Origin: Nemertoderma westbladi
Taxonomy: Eukaryota > Animalia > Xenacoelomorpha
Length of the DNA stretch: 64,000 nucleotides
Direction: 5' to 3'
Assembly: GCA_032718475.1 (NCBI GenBank)
Contig: JAUCBJ010006701.1
Span: forward strand, 67,698 to 131,697
Numbering within the stretch: the first letter of the stretch is position 1; every line of letters starts with the position of its first letter. Below the pieces are notes generated by a model. The model was given only the letters and a program-made list of their open reading frames with translations. It did not search any database and was not told the origin of the DNA. This document shows positions 41,610 through 54,143 of this stretch, piece by piece. Made by a program: the position numbers and the translations under genes.

Positions 41610-44153
41610 TTATCTGTACCTCCTCACGTCCTCCTCCCTGGCCCGTTTCTTGGTTATCACCGCTCCTCTGGCATCATCCGCTTTCTGCTTCCGGACCTTT
41701 GCCGCCACTTCCTTGCTGATCCCGGTCGTCGGCTCCTTGGGCGCTGGTGTTATTAAAGCCCGATACCGCTTCGCCGGTGGCCCCTCAGAATGGCCTGGTT
41801 GTTTCCCTCGTGTGGCGTCCCATAGGATCATCTTCATTGCCTTTGGTACGTGTTCCGCCAAGAAATCCCTAAACTCCCTCCGGTTCTCTGGTGTCCACCT
41901 GTCCAGGTACCGTTGCGTGTTCATAACTCCGGCGAACGATGCCGCCGTAGCTACCTCTTGATAGGTAAACGGTAACCTTCGCTTTATGATTTCCATGTGG
42001 GTCTCCTGGTTTATGAGGAAGAAACCCCACTTGAACTCTTGGGCCTTCATGCGCTGGCGCGTCATGGCCCCGACGTCGGCCCACTCCTCGAACCTCGTGA
42101 ACTTCTCCTCGTCGCTCATCCAGTCGCACTCGCGCCCGTAGTGTCCCCGAAAGTGGCACTTTGGACATCGGTTATGCAACCGTGGACACGCCCCCATCCT
42201 GTGACTTGGTTCTCTACAATAGAGACAAAAGGTTCCCCGTTGGAACCGGTATAGGCAGCTGCTTTCCTGATGGGTCTGCCTCCCACAGTAGTCGCAGCCG
42301 AGTACCAATGTCTCGCGTCCCACCTCGTCCTTCGTCCCAAGCGATCTCCGCGGTCTATGGAGTCGCTGGTAGGCAAACTTCTCCACGTTGCTCTCCCTGT
42401 TTACGTCGATCTCTCCGCCCCTCTCGGGCATCGTCTCCCCGAATACTATCCGTGGTGCCGTCCCCGGTTGCTCGCCCAACCTGATGGTGCTCCCCGCGAA
42501 ATCCATCGCCGGCCCCTCGTGCACCCAGGTCCGCTTGCCGGATCTGTTCCAGAAGGCCCTCGCCCCACTGGCCGTCACCACCCTTCCGCCAACCCAGTCC
42601 GTGTCCGAGTGGCCTATCCTTTCGATGGGCGGCATCTCTCCGAACTCGTCGTCGTCGTCCTCCTCTTCTGGTAGTGTCTCCAATCCCGGTATCCCGATGG
42701 ATCCACTATGTCCCTTCCCGCCTTGGCTCTCGCCCGTAGCTCTCCATCCCTCTAGCTCCCTTAACTTCCTTGGCGGTTGGTCGCCCTCGGCGCCCGCTGG
42801 TATGGGCATCGCGTGCAACCCCGACGTCGACTGTTTCGGCGATCCCACCGTCCATCCCAATTCTCGCCCTAGAGACTCCCCCGAACTCCCCGACGAAGTC
42901 CAATGAAGTTCGTCTAGGCCCGCCTGTTCCTCGAAGCCGTAACTCTGTGCCCTGGCCTCCTCTTCCCTCTCCTCTGCTTCTATCCTCTCCCGTCTAGCGA
43001 CTTCTTCCAGTCGCTTTGCTTCCCGTCTATCCATCTCTAGCTGCTCCCATCTCTGATACGGTGTATCCGTCTCCCCATCTACCAGATGTCGGCTGTTGTA
43101 GTACACCGACTCGCCCTTCAGCCCCGGGTGGTCTACCAGACCGTCAAAGGCCGTCTTAAAGGCTCTCCTGTAGCTTAGGGGTGATCCCGATAACAGAAAT
43201 GCCCCTGGTTCCCTCTCGATAACTACGGTCATGAATAAGTTAAGTAAACTTATCATCATCCAGTCCTCCTGCAGGATATATCGCTTCTGATATACCTTTA
43301 TCGCTCCTCTGCGAAACTGATATACCTCCTGCTTTCCCGGTCTCGCTCCCCACTTCAGCGAGTTCGCTAGTTCTGCTCCGTATTCTTCCCTAAACTTCCC
43401 CCAATCCATCGGTTTGTGGCATACGAGCCCCAATAATTGGCCCATCGCCACCGCCCCGCATTGGCCTGTGTTCTCGACCACCCCCAATCCATCCGGTGCC
43501 GTCATAGCCATAAAGACTTTCTGCATGTCCAGGAGGTTGGTGGCGTCCGGACCGATGATCCTCTCCGCATCCTCGCGAATCGCCGATCCCACTTTCGTCG
43601 TCGACTTCTCTCTTACTAAGACTTGTACCGCTTTCGGCAGTCGGTCTAATTTCGGCCCGTCCTTCTTCCCATACGTCCCTAGATCGAATAAGAAGATGTC
43701 CCCATTCGGCGCGGCCAAATGTAGGAGTATGGTCCTGGCCGACCCTGCCGTTCCTCGCCTTGAACCCGCTTCGTCTTCCACGGTTCCCTCGTCATCTAGG
43801 ATCATATATCCTCCTCTGTTGACGGACTCTATGAATCTTTTCCAGTCCTTCCTCGGCGATTCCCTCGGGTACTTCGGAATCCCGAACTTCGCTTCGTCTC
43901 CTTTCACCACGTAGTGGAAGTGTTGGAAGATCGCGTTGTCCAGCGACGGCGTCCCGTAGGTCCCGACCAACCGCTGTTCGTGCGCCTCCCGGAAGTGATC
44001 CTGCAGCGCTCGTGCCGCGTGACCCCTTTCCAACCTCTCGTAGTATCCTCTCGTCTTCTCCTCCGGGTGTCTTTCGGTGAAATCCACCAATATTTCTTTT
44101 CCTCCTGACTCCGCCTTTCTCTTCCTGATCAGCTTACTCGCCATTCCGAACAC
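41610..44153 (-). CDS. A2 extra ORF (847 aa, intact): WRN/Mut-7/RNase D-like 3'-5' exonuclease + 3 CCHC zinc knuckles
   Basis: MILDDEG (ExoI), ILLHLAAPNGDIFLFDL, LPKAVQVLV..TKVGSAIREDA (ExoII), LLDMQ, RYILQED (ExoIII); CDYCGRQTHQESSC, CLYCREPSHRMGAC, CPKCHFRGHYGREC. Confidence 0.85.
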   Translation of the reverse strand: MFGMASKLIRKRKAESGGKEILVDFTERHPEEKTRGYYERLERGHAARALQDHFREAHEQRLVGTYGTPSLDNAIFQHFHYVVKGDEAKFGIPKYPRESPRKDWKRFIESVNRGGYMILDDEGTVEDEAGSRRGTAGSARTILLHLAAPNGDIFLFDLGTYGKKDGPKLDRLPKAVQVLVREKSTTKVGSAIREDAERIIGPDATNLLDMQKVFMAMTAPDGLGVVENTGQCGAVAMGQLLGLVCHKPMDWGKFREEYGAELANSLKWGARPGKQEVYQFRRGAIKVYQKRYILQEDWMMISLLNLFMTVVIEREPGAFLLSGSPLSYRRAFKTAFDGLVDHPGLKGESVYYNSRHLVDGETDTPYQRWEQLEMDRREAKRLEEVARRERIEAEEREEEARAQSYGFEEQAGLDELHWTSSGSSGESLGRELGWTVGSPKQSTSGLHAMPIPAGAEGDQPPRKLRELEGWRATGESQGGKGHSGSIGIPGLETLPEEEDDDDEFGEMPPIERIGHSDTDWVGGRVVTASGARAFWNRSGKRTWVHEGPAMDFAGSTIRLGEQPGTAPRIVFGETMPERGGEIDVNRESNVEKFAYQRLHRPRRSLGTKDEVGRETLVLGCDYCGRQTHQESSCLYRFQRGTFCLYCREPSHRMGACPRLHNRCPKCHFRGHYGRECDWMSDEEKFTRFEEWADVGAMTRQRMKAQEFKWGFFLINQETHMEIIKRRLPFTYQEVATAASFAGVMNTQRYLDRWTPENRREFRDFLAEHVPKAMKMILWDATRGKQPGHSEGPPAKRYRALITPAPKEPTTGISKEVAAKVRKQKADDARGAVITKKRAREEDVRRYR

Positions 44154-44656
44154 TACACTCGCTCACCTGTAGGGTGGTGCCTTACCAAGGCGCAATACAG
44201 ATGAGTGATGTATTAAGATGTTTCGTACAGTTCGATAATGGCCTACTTTTCTACTTAACTGCGCCTTTCAAGCTTAATTTAATCTAATTAATTTCGGAGC
44301 TAGTAAATCAGCCTAATTTACAATTTCCGTCCGTTACTTTTATTATGTTCTAGAACGACTTTCTTTGTGTTACCACTATTTTCCGATTTTAGCCCTATTC
44401 TATTTATTTGTTTATTTTGCTTTGATTCTACTGTCCTACTACTTACTACTGCCTATGGATTTATTCTATTCTCTCTCTGATCCATATTCTGGCCTACTCA
44501 GTGGGCCTATGCAGTACAGCAGTATGCGTCGTGTGGCCACACGATTTATCCAGCTGCACTCATATGCCCCCCTCTCGCTACTAACTCTACTTACTGCTAA
44601 CTAATATCTATATCCTATTTACCCCTTTTACCTCTTACTCTCTCTCTCTAACTAAT

Positions 44657-45515
44657 GGTACTACGTACCCTCTAACTCTAACTCTAACTAGGTACTACGT
44701 ACCTACCAACTCTCTAACTATCGGTACTACGTACCCTCTAACTCTAACTCTAACCAGCGGTACTACGTACCCTCTAACTCTAACTCTAACTAGCGGTACT
44801 ACGTACCTACTAACTCTCTAACTAACTCTAGGTACTACGTACCTACTAACTCTCTAACTAACTCTAGGTACTACGTACCTACTAACTCTCTAACTAACTC
44901 TAGGTACTACGTACCTACTAACTCTCTAACTAACTCTAGGTACTACGTACCTACTAACTCTCTAACTCTAGGTACTACGTACCTACTAACTCTCTAACTA
45001 ACTCTAGGTACCACGTACCTAGTAACTCTCTAACTCTAGGTACTACGTACCTACTAACTCTCTAACTCTAGGTACTACGTACCTACTAACTCTCTAACTA
45101 ACTCTAGGTACTACGTAACTACTAACTCTCTAACTCTAGGTACTACGTACCTACTAACTCTCTAACTAACTCTAGGTACTACGTACCTACTAACTCTCTA
45201 ACTCTAGGTACTACGTACCTACTAACTCCCTAACTCTAGGTACTACGTACCTACTAACTCTCTAACTCTAACTAGGTACTACGTACCTACTAACTAACTA
45301 ACTCTAGGTACTACGTACCTACTAACTAACTAACTCTAGGTGCTACGTACCTACTAACTCTCTAACTCTAACTAGGTACTACGTACCTATTAACTAACTA
45401 ACTAACTAGGTACTACGTACCTCTTAGCTAATTTCTGCCTACTAACTCTCTAACTAACTCTAGGTACTACGTACCTACTAACTAAGTAACTAACTCTAGG
45501 TACTACGTACCTACT
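44657..45515. repeat. Array of ~25 units (mostly 32-36 bp) with the hairpin TAGGTAC-TAC-GTACCTA, between pol and the extra ORF
   Basis: Directly visible; linkers are variants of CTAACTCT. Confidence 0.92.
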
Positions 45516-45632
45516 ATGTACTATTATTTTTATTTTATTTTTATTTTTATTTGTGTGGGAAGGGCGTCTCGCCCTCAATCCCACCCCCCTCAGTCCAAAA
45601 CTTGGACGACTAAACTTCACTCTAACTCCGCT

Positions 45633-48600
45633 TTAAGGTGCCCCTTCTAGAAGACAGCATTTACCTACCGCTCTCCTGTAGGTTTTTCTGTCCTTCGCAC
45701 CTATCTTTCCACCTATCCGCACTTCTACCGATCGGACTCTTCCGTCCTCGTCGGAGTAGGTGCCTACAACTCTCGCCAACCGCCACTGGTTGTTGATGAT
45801 AGTATCATCCGTGACGATTACGAGATCTCCCTCTCTTAACTCCCTGTTCGGCTTCCTCCACTTGCTCCGCTTATGGAGTGTGGGTAGGTATTCCTCTACC
45901 CACCTCCTCCAGTATTCTGCGCTAATTGCTTTAGCTACTTTCCAACTTTGGCGGGAGTGTATATCATCTGGGTCTACACCCCGCATATCGATGGTCGCTG
46001 GCCTTTCCATCAGGAAATGGCTAGGTGTTAGCACGTCTAATGACTCAGGGTCATCATTCTCTGGATATAGCGGTCTGCTATTAATGATCCCCTCGCACTT
46101 CGCAAGTACTGTCCGTAAGACGTCTTCAGTGACCATGTGGGTGTTCATCAGCTTCGTCATTAGACGTTTTGAACTGCCCACCAGTCTCTCGACGCATCCT
46201 AGTGTATGTGGTGCATACGGCGTCCTTCTCTCCCACTTCACTTGTCGTCTTCTCATGGCCGCCCTGACTTCTTCTCCCTCCAAGATGTCTAAGGCCTCTG
46301 CCATCTCACTCTCTGCGCCCACAAAGTTGGTGCCGTTGTCGCTATATATCACTGCGATCGTCCCACCTTTGCGGTCCCTAAACCTTTCTAAGGCGTTAAT
46401 GAATGCTGATGCGGTTGCATCTTGGGCGAGTTCTATCCCTACCGCCCGCGTATTGTTGCATACGAAGATAATACCGTAGCGTTTCTCCGTGTGTCGCATC
46501 ACCTTGATCTTTATCGGCCCGAACATGTCCACACCGCAATGCGTAAATGGCGGGTCGTGCTGTCTTACCCTACTCGCCGGTAGTGGCGCCATCTCCTGTA
46601 CGGCTCGCTCCTTCTTCGCTCGTCGGCAGGTCTGGCACTGCCCCACTACCGCTTTCACCTTCTTCCTTAGTTGTTTGACCCAATAGGTCCTCCTTATCTC
46701 TGTGAGGGTTCGGTTGGTGCCCCCATGCAGTATCGATTTGTGGGAGTCCCATATGATCTGGTGGACTATAGGCGATCCTGTGGGAATGATGATGGGTTTC
46801 GGTGGCACGACTATACTGTTGTTATATCCCACCCTAGAATTCATTACTAGAATCCCATCCTCGTTGAGTTGTGGCGACAGCGTGATCAACTCGCTATCCC
46901 GTCGGAGGTGCTGTTGGTTACCGACGCGTTCCACCTCGTCGCCGTAGTTCTTGCGTTGTTCATAGCGGATCACTGCCTTGGCCGCTCCTTCCAGATCTAT
47001 GGTTATCCTGGTCTTCTTGTCCTTGCCGACTCCCGCAAGGAAATTCCCAAAGGCTCTCCAGTACGCCACTAGTTTCTTGGTCTTATACCAACTGGAACTG
47101 TAGCTGAGGAGTTTATCCGTCGGGTTGTCGCACAGTTCCCTTCCTGGTTGCACGTCCCTAATCTCCCTCACCATCTGGGAGTATATCTCTTCTCCCTCTG
47201 AATCTCCCTCTTCTCCTTCTGATACTGGTTCCGAGCCCGGGTCCACCTTCCTCATCGGCGGCCAGGCCTCTCTATCGCTCAGAAATTGTGGCCCATGTTG
47301 CCACAATACTTCCTTCTTCAGGAAAGTGTGGCGTTCCACGCCCCTCGACAGCAAGTCCGCTGGGTTCTCATCTGTTGGGCAGTAGTGCCACCTTTCCAGT
47401 TCTGTGCTCGCCCTTATTTCGTCCACTCTATTCGCGACGAATATCGGGTATCTCGTCTTTTCGTTGTGTAGCCAACCAAGCACTACCATGGAGTCCGTCC
47501 AGTAGTGTGTCTCCACTATGTTGGGAATTGTATCCACTAGGTAGGCTGTGGCTCTAACTCCTAGTCTCGCAGCTGTCAATTCTAACTTGGGAACAGATGC
47601 TGAATCTGGCGGCGTTGACTTAGCTTTGCTAAAGGCTAGTCTGGGCTTGTGAGGCCCCTCTCGTTGTACTAAATAGAGTGCCGCTCCGTATGCCTCTAAC
47701 GACGCGTCGGAGAACATATGTAGGTCCAGATTCGTCATGTTCCCGTCCGGGAAATACACTCGCGGCATGTTGTATGTTCCCATCCTCTCCAAGTCTCCTG
47801 TCCATTTGCTCCACTGTTTCTTGATGTCTTCTGGTACCTCTACGTCCCACTCATCCTTCAACTTATATACTCTCTTGAGTATCTGTTTCCCCGTGACTAG
47901 TAATGGGGATGCTAGGCCTAAGGGATCGTATATCCTTGCTATATACGATACGTAACCCCTCTTCGTATGGGTGTCTGCGCCCTCCTGGCTCAGCTGATAC
48001 TTCAGTTCGTCTGTTTTTCTATCCCACACGATTCCCAACGCCTTCTGCTGGGATTCCGTTCTCTTAATCGCCATGTCCTGTCCTTTGGCTGTTGTAGGGT
48101 TGTCCATGGTCGATTCTGGTTTCTTGTCTTCTATTTCCCTGATAAATTCTTCTGAACTGGATTGGAATTTGGTCAGGTTGAAGCCGGATCCTTTCAGGAT
48201 GTCGCGAACCTCGCGCCCTGTTTCCAGTATCTCCTCAACCGTATTTCCAGACTCCATGCCGTCGTCTACGTAGAAACCGCGTCTGATCATATCGACGGCC
48301 CTACTGCTGTATCTATCTTCCTTCCCCTTTACCGTGTCTCTCACTGCCATAGTCGTCGTAAATGAGGACGACTTGGCCCCCATATTTTGTACTACCATCT
48401 TATATGCCGGTATTATAGGCGGTTCTTCTTCGCCGTTATACCATAAGAAGCGTTGACTGTCGCTATCTTCCTCTGTTACTCGGACTTGGTTGAACATGCC
48501 TTCTATGTCACACGTGAAGGCGTGTTTCCCATTCCTAAATCTAAGTAGTACTTCTATGCCCGAATTGTATATGTTTGGGCCCTCTAGTAGGTAATCGTTT

Positions 48601-51600
48601 AAGCACTTTCCGTCGGTCTTTGCCGATGCATCGACTACCATCCTAAGTTTACCTTTCTTTGGGTCTAAAGCTACGTGGAGTGGCAGGTAGTATGTCCTGT
48701 CCGTGTTCGGTTCGTCGACCGGTAACTCCACGGCCCATCCTTTCTCGACGTACTTCTTAATGGTTTTGTGAATGTACTCGTTCTTCTCGGGGCTCCGTTG
48801 TAGTGTTTGTTTCAGCTTGCGGAGTCTCGTGAGTACCATCCCTCTATTATCGGGTAGCGGTATCTTCGGTAGTTTCCATACCATTCCTATTGTATACCGC
48901 CCCTCATCACACGTCATCGATTCCTCCACACTTTGTAGAGCCTGCTTGTCTTCTACCGAGGTCCCGACCCCGGTCTCTTTCAGTCCCTCGAAGTCCTGTC
49001 TGAGCAGTCTTTTAAGCTGCTCCTCTGCTCCCTCGTCACCCATTTCCTGCATTGTTCCCGCGAACATGCATCCTGATGTCTCCGACATCCTGAATGGTAT
49101 CTTGCTCTTAATTGGACCACTCAGCGTCCACCCGAATGGCGTTAATATGGCCACCGGGTCGCTCTGCTTGTCTTCGCCGAAGACCGTCTGCATTCTCTCG
49201 TGGGCCGTTGGGCAGTCCATGCCTACTATGATGGATACCTTCCTAACGTCCACGTCTGGGATTGAGAAGTCAATGTTGTCCAGGAATTTGTATTGCTCGA
49301 CCTCGATGTTGGTTGGCCGCCTGGCATTGATGTTAATTGACTCTATTACTTGGATGGGGTCGATGGTTGCCCCATAATCGCATCCTGGTGCCACTGCTGC
49401 AATTGCGCACCGTCCTGTCCTCATCTCTAGGATCTCGTCTTTGCTAGAGATGGTTGTCACCGCCATCCTGCTTGGCCTCGTTCTCAACCCTATTTCTTCG
49501 GCTACCCATTCCTCAACTAATGTGAAGGCAGCTCCACTATCAACCAGCATTAGTGTTGTTACTGATCGATTGCCTTCCCCGATCACTCGTACTGGTACTA
49601 CTCCAAGTAGCACTGTTCCTCTCTTCTTCGCCCCTACTGTGCTCGTTGCCATCGTCTGGCCTCTCCTTTGGCCAAACTTGACCGGTTTCTCTTGGCATTC
49701 CCTGGCCTTGTGTCCACTCTTCACACATCGCGAGCAGATTTTATTGCTCGACGCGTAATCTATCTGGTCTTGCCTCGGTAGCGCCTGCCAGTACCTGCAG
49801 TTCATGGTTTTATGAAGCGCATTTGCGTGTAACTGGCATTTGCTCTTTGGGTCATAGCCCTCTTTATACAATGCATTGCGTATCGCAGTTATATTCGTAC
49901 CAAAGTCCCTACTATTCTTATTGACTGGGTTTGACCTACTGGACGTACTGGGGTTATGTTTATTCATGTTGTTATTGTTCCCCTGTCCGTCCCTTGATGT
50001 TGTCTTATCTTCGTTTGTCTGTGGACTTGCAGTCCCCTGCGTCGCTGCGTATGGCAATGATTGTCTGAGCCTCGGCAATGCGTTTGATGTATTGTGCTCT
50101 GGTTTGGGCCTGTAATGATCTGTCTTTGGTCCCTTTCCCAGGCTATCTTCACTATAGACTGGGTCCGTTATTAGTTCAGCCTCGTAATTTAAGAAGTTTG
50201 ACATTTCTTCTAAACCTGGTTCCGCACCCTTCTTGTCTCGGGTGGAGAAAGCGATCTTCCTCCATTTGTTGCGCAGCCAGCTCGGTAGTGCCTGCGCTAT
50301 CGTGGTGATGTTATTGGACGCGTTGAGTTCGTATGGCGCGTCTAGCGTCTTCAGCACGATCAGCGCCTTCTCGACTTTGTTAGCAAACGTCTTAATGCTA
50401 ACGGGATTATCCTGTAGGCCACCCGATGTTATGCCTCTCAGCGTTTGCCTGATGATCTTGGCCGGGTGCCCGTATTCCCTATCCAGTGCCCGCCATGCTG
50501 TCGTGAAGCCGCCCTCTATTCCCTGGTATTGCCTCACGATGTCGTATGCTGGGCCTCCCGTGTACACTTGTAGATACTTTAGGCACTCCGCCTGCGTCAA
50601 GTTTTTTGTTAGTATTTCGTTACTATACATTCGCCGAAACTGCAAGTATTCTTCCGGCCTGCTCCCATCGAATTTGAACGGTTCCACGGGTGGTAATTCG
50701 ATCCTCGTTTTCAACGCATCGATCAACGTGGCCATCCCCATTGCCTGCGCTTCTAATGGATTCGACGGATGCTGTATAGTTTCCCCTGTCTGGTGCGGTT
50801 CGTCCGTCCTATTTCTTGATCTTCTCTGACTCGGATATGTCATCGGGGGTAGCGGCCCCCTCCATATGTCTGTATCACACGACCTGTTTTCGTCCAAGGG
50901 TTTCACTGTTCTTGCTACCATCGGGGTATATTGTTGATATTGTGATGGGGGAATGTCACCCTGTCCCCCCCCCCACCGGTATGTCTGGTACTGGGGTTGA
51001 TGTTAATACGTTGGGGCCCATGCACCTATCCGCAATAATTCCCCCCTCCCCTGGGTATATGTTATGTCCCTGCATGCTGTAGTCATACTGCTGTGCTGGT
51101 ACCGGTATAGGCCTATCAGCTTCTGGCCTACTCGCCGGTATGTATTCCGCGACTTCCGGGTTTAATCCCGTTGTCCGCGCTATCCTATCGCCTACATTGC
51201 CTCTCTCAGTATGGCCTACGGTATGTGCAGTAAGACCTACAGTATGCCCTACAGTCTGCATGTGTTGCTCGGGATCGAAGTTTATTCTTCTCGAATAATC
51301 CTCCCCGCGGCTACCGTATTCTCGATCGGTAGGTACATTCCGTCGGAAAGTTTCTCTTCGACCCCCCTCTCTACTGTTCTCTTCTTCGTACCGGTACATC
51401 GCGTACCCCTCTCTCGGCGTGTAATGCGTCTCACCGGATCGCATCCCTCCGGGGCGACGGCAATCTCCCGGAGTCCGACCCCACTGACTCTCCGTTCTCA
51501 TCTCGATTACCGACGGCTCGCTGTCCGTCCTCGCTCTTCTATCGTTTGCGGCGATACTTCTACTACTCTCTTCCTCTCTTCTCCTATCAGTGGAATATTC

Positions 51601-54064
51601 CCGCTCACGAGATCTCTCGTCGACCTCCCGGTTAAACCCCACTGTTCTTCTTTCCTCCTCTGATCGGGCTCGACGCTCCGTCTGCCCTCCCGCGACGTCA
51701 ACCTGTCTTTCTCTGCTCGATCGCACGTCGCTGGGGATACTCGCAATCCCCCTATTACTTTCCGTCGCCGGTTGTTGCGGTTTACCTTGTTCGGCCCTCG
51801 CATTGTCCGCTGACGGCTGTGGGACACTCTCTGCCCCCCCCCCTCTCGCCGCTAACTCTCTGTTGTGGGGCCCTCGTAGCCCCCCCCCACTCGCTACATC
51901 TAACTTCGCTACCTCTCTCCCCGCCATTATATACCTCTCTAGTCGACACATCAACCCTACTACAGTCGGGTCTATTTACCCCCCCTCTCCCTCTGCTATT
52001 GCGTGGCCTTCCAGGCCCTCTACTCCCTGCCTACCAACTACGTGGCCTACCAGGCCCTCTGCTCCTTGTCTACTAACTACGTGGCCTACCAGGCCCTCTT
52101 CCGGCTGGTTATGTAGGCCCGACGTGTTCACATTAATAGCACCCATATTGGAAACGGAATTAATTTGCTCGTTCGAAACAAAATCATTCGTATTATTCTG
52201 CGCGACTACGTTATCTGAATTATTTTGTAAATTCGGGCATGGATCATTATTTAAATTATTTGGATTATTTTGCGTAATCGCGTTATTTAGATTATTTAGT
52301 AAGTTCGAATTTGGGTTATTATTTTGATTATTTAAATTATTTTGCGTAATTACATTAATATTAGAATTATTTTCTACATTAATACTAGGATTGTTCTGAT
52401 TTAAATTTAAATTACTACCACTAGGTAAAGTATTTCCTGCAATAAAGGTTTGATTAGAGTTATCCCATACGGTACTATTAATATCAACAACTTCTACTGT
52501 ACCATCATTATTACCCCCCCCCGCCCGTACGGTCACACCAGTTTTGGGTCTGTCGTGCGGTCCCTGTCAGTGGGGTATTAATAAACGTATCTAGGGCCCC
52601 CGGGTCCTCAAAAATACTCGAGCCGGCCCCGCTTGCAGACGGCGACGCTTGCGCCAGTCGCAGCTCGTGCGCCCGTCTAATCTTATGTTCCGCAAGCACA
52701 CTTTGGCGTCTCTTTATTTTCTCTTGCTCTCGCTCAGCCTCTGCCCTTCTCTTCTCACACTCCTGGGTGTCCCGACTGCCCGACTCTACTATACTCCTAG
52801 CGCTCTCCCTTCGTCTCGCCTCACGCTCTTTGCGTTCCTTTTCCCTTCTCGTCTCATATTCCTTGCGTTCCTTTTCCCTTTTTGCCTCACGTTCCCTGCG
52901 TTCCCCGTCCTCCCTTTCCTCACGCTCTCTGCGTTCCCTTTCCTCCCTTTCCTCACGCTCTCTGCACTCATTTTCCTCTATTTCGTCTCTCTCCCTAAGG
53001 CTTCTCAAAGCTCTTTCGACCCTCTCTCCGGTCTCCTTAATCAATTCCGCTTCCCTCATTAACCGCACTCTCCCCTCCTCTAACCGTTCCTCCATTTCCT
53101 TCTGACCTTGCTCTACCACGTTGAGACGGTATGCGGCACCTATCTCTCTCACCACTCTTCCTTTCGCGGAGGATGTAGCAGACTTATCGGTTGCGACGGA
53201 CCCCCTCCGCCTTCCCGACCTACTAACTTTCCCCCGCTTCCCGGAACTTTCTCCGACCGACGAGGCCGAATCCTCGCGGTTAACCTCGGATTCGCCCCCC
53301 TCAGGTCCCCTCCAACCCACTGGTTTTACTCCCCGGGCATCGACCAAGTATGGCCCTATGTACACTGGCGCTACGCTAGGTTCCATACTCCCACACTCCC
53401 ATAGTTCAAACAGTTCGCCTGCAATTCCCTTTGCTCTCTCCCCGGCTAGTTCTCTCTGCCCAAAACGTATCAGGTAATTTAAGTGTCTGTCCGACTCACC
53501 TAGTCGCTTTCTCAGTCTCACCTCGTCTACCTTCGCCCCTTGCTTCTTGGCGTCGTTTATCAGCTTCCGGGTCGCGTTGTAGGCCCGTCGAAGTCGGTCA
53601 GAAACCCCGACGTCCTCGTCGCCGACCTCTCCTCCGTCCCTCCGGGTCCGACGTCGTACCGGCGGCTCCACCGTCGCCGTTCCGGTGGGCCGCTCGTCGC
53701 CCTCGGCCTGTAGCTGGCCGGCGACATCGGTACCGATCTCTCCTCCGTCTCTTCGCGTCCGGCGTCGCACCGTCGGCCCCACCGTCGCCGTTTCGGTGGG
53801 CCGCTCGTCGCCCTCGGCCGGTAGCTGGCCGGCGACATCGGCGCGCCGTTCTCCGTTCCGTGTCGACTCATCTCCTTCTCCCTCCGTCTCGCTCTCCCTT
53901 TCCCTCTGCTCGACTTCGGGTTCCAGACCCTCCTCGTTCTGGACTTCCGGTTCGCCCGTTATCGATGGCTCCGGCGTCGTGGGCCTGTATCGCTTGGTCG
54001 CGGCCTCGCGGATCGTTAGGTCTTCGTCCGGGGTCCGCGGCGGTGTCTCGCCCGATTCACTCAT
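45633..54064 (-). CDS. gag-pol: A2 gag-pol (pieces 52511-54064, 51976-52536, 50956-51954, 45633-50921; breaks at poly-C runs)
   Basis: 45633-50921 is an uninterrupted gag core-PR-RT-RH-IN frame (LVDSGA, FYVDD, FSDAS, HKSILH..CQTC, GVDMFGP/SDNGTNF/VERL). Upstream breaks coincide with homopolymers at ~52514, ~51980 and ~50965. Confidence 0.92.
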
Positions 54065-54143
54065 CTCGTCTGCTCGGTGGAGTTCGACTAGCTAGCGTGG
54101 GGTTCTTTGAGTTTAACTAGGGCGGCAGCTCGGATTTAGTTAC

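Noticed and set aside
41610-44153. env gene
   Set aside because: No signal peptide or transmembrane anchor is evident; the motifs are those of a nuclease plus zinc knuckles.
44657-45515. CRISPR-like array (palindromic repeats with linkers)
   Set aside because: The linkers are repeats of each other rather than unique spacers, there are no cas genes, and the context is a eukaryotic retrotransposon.
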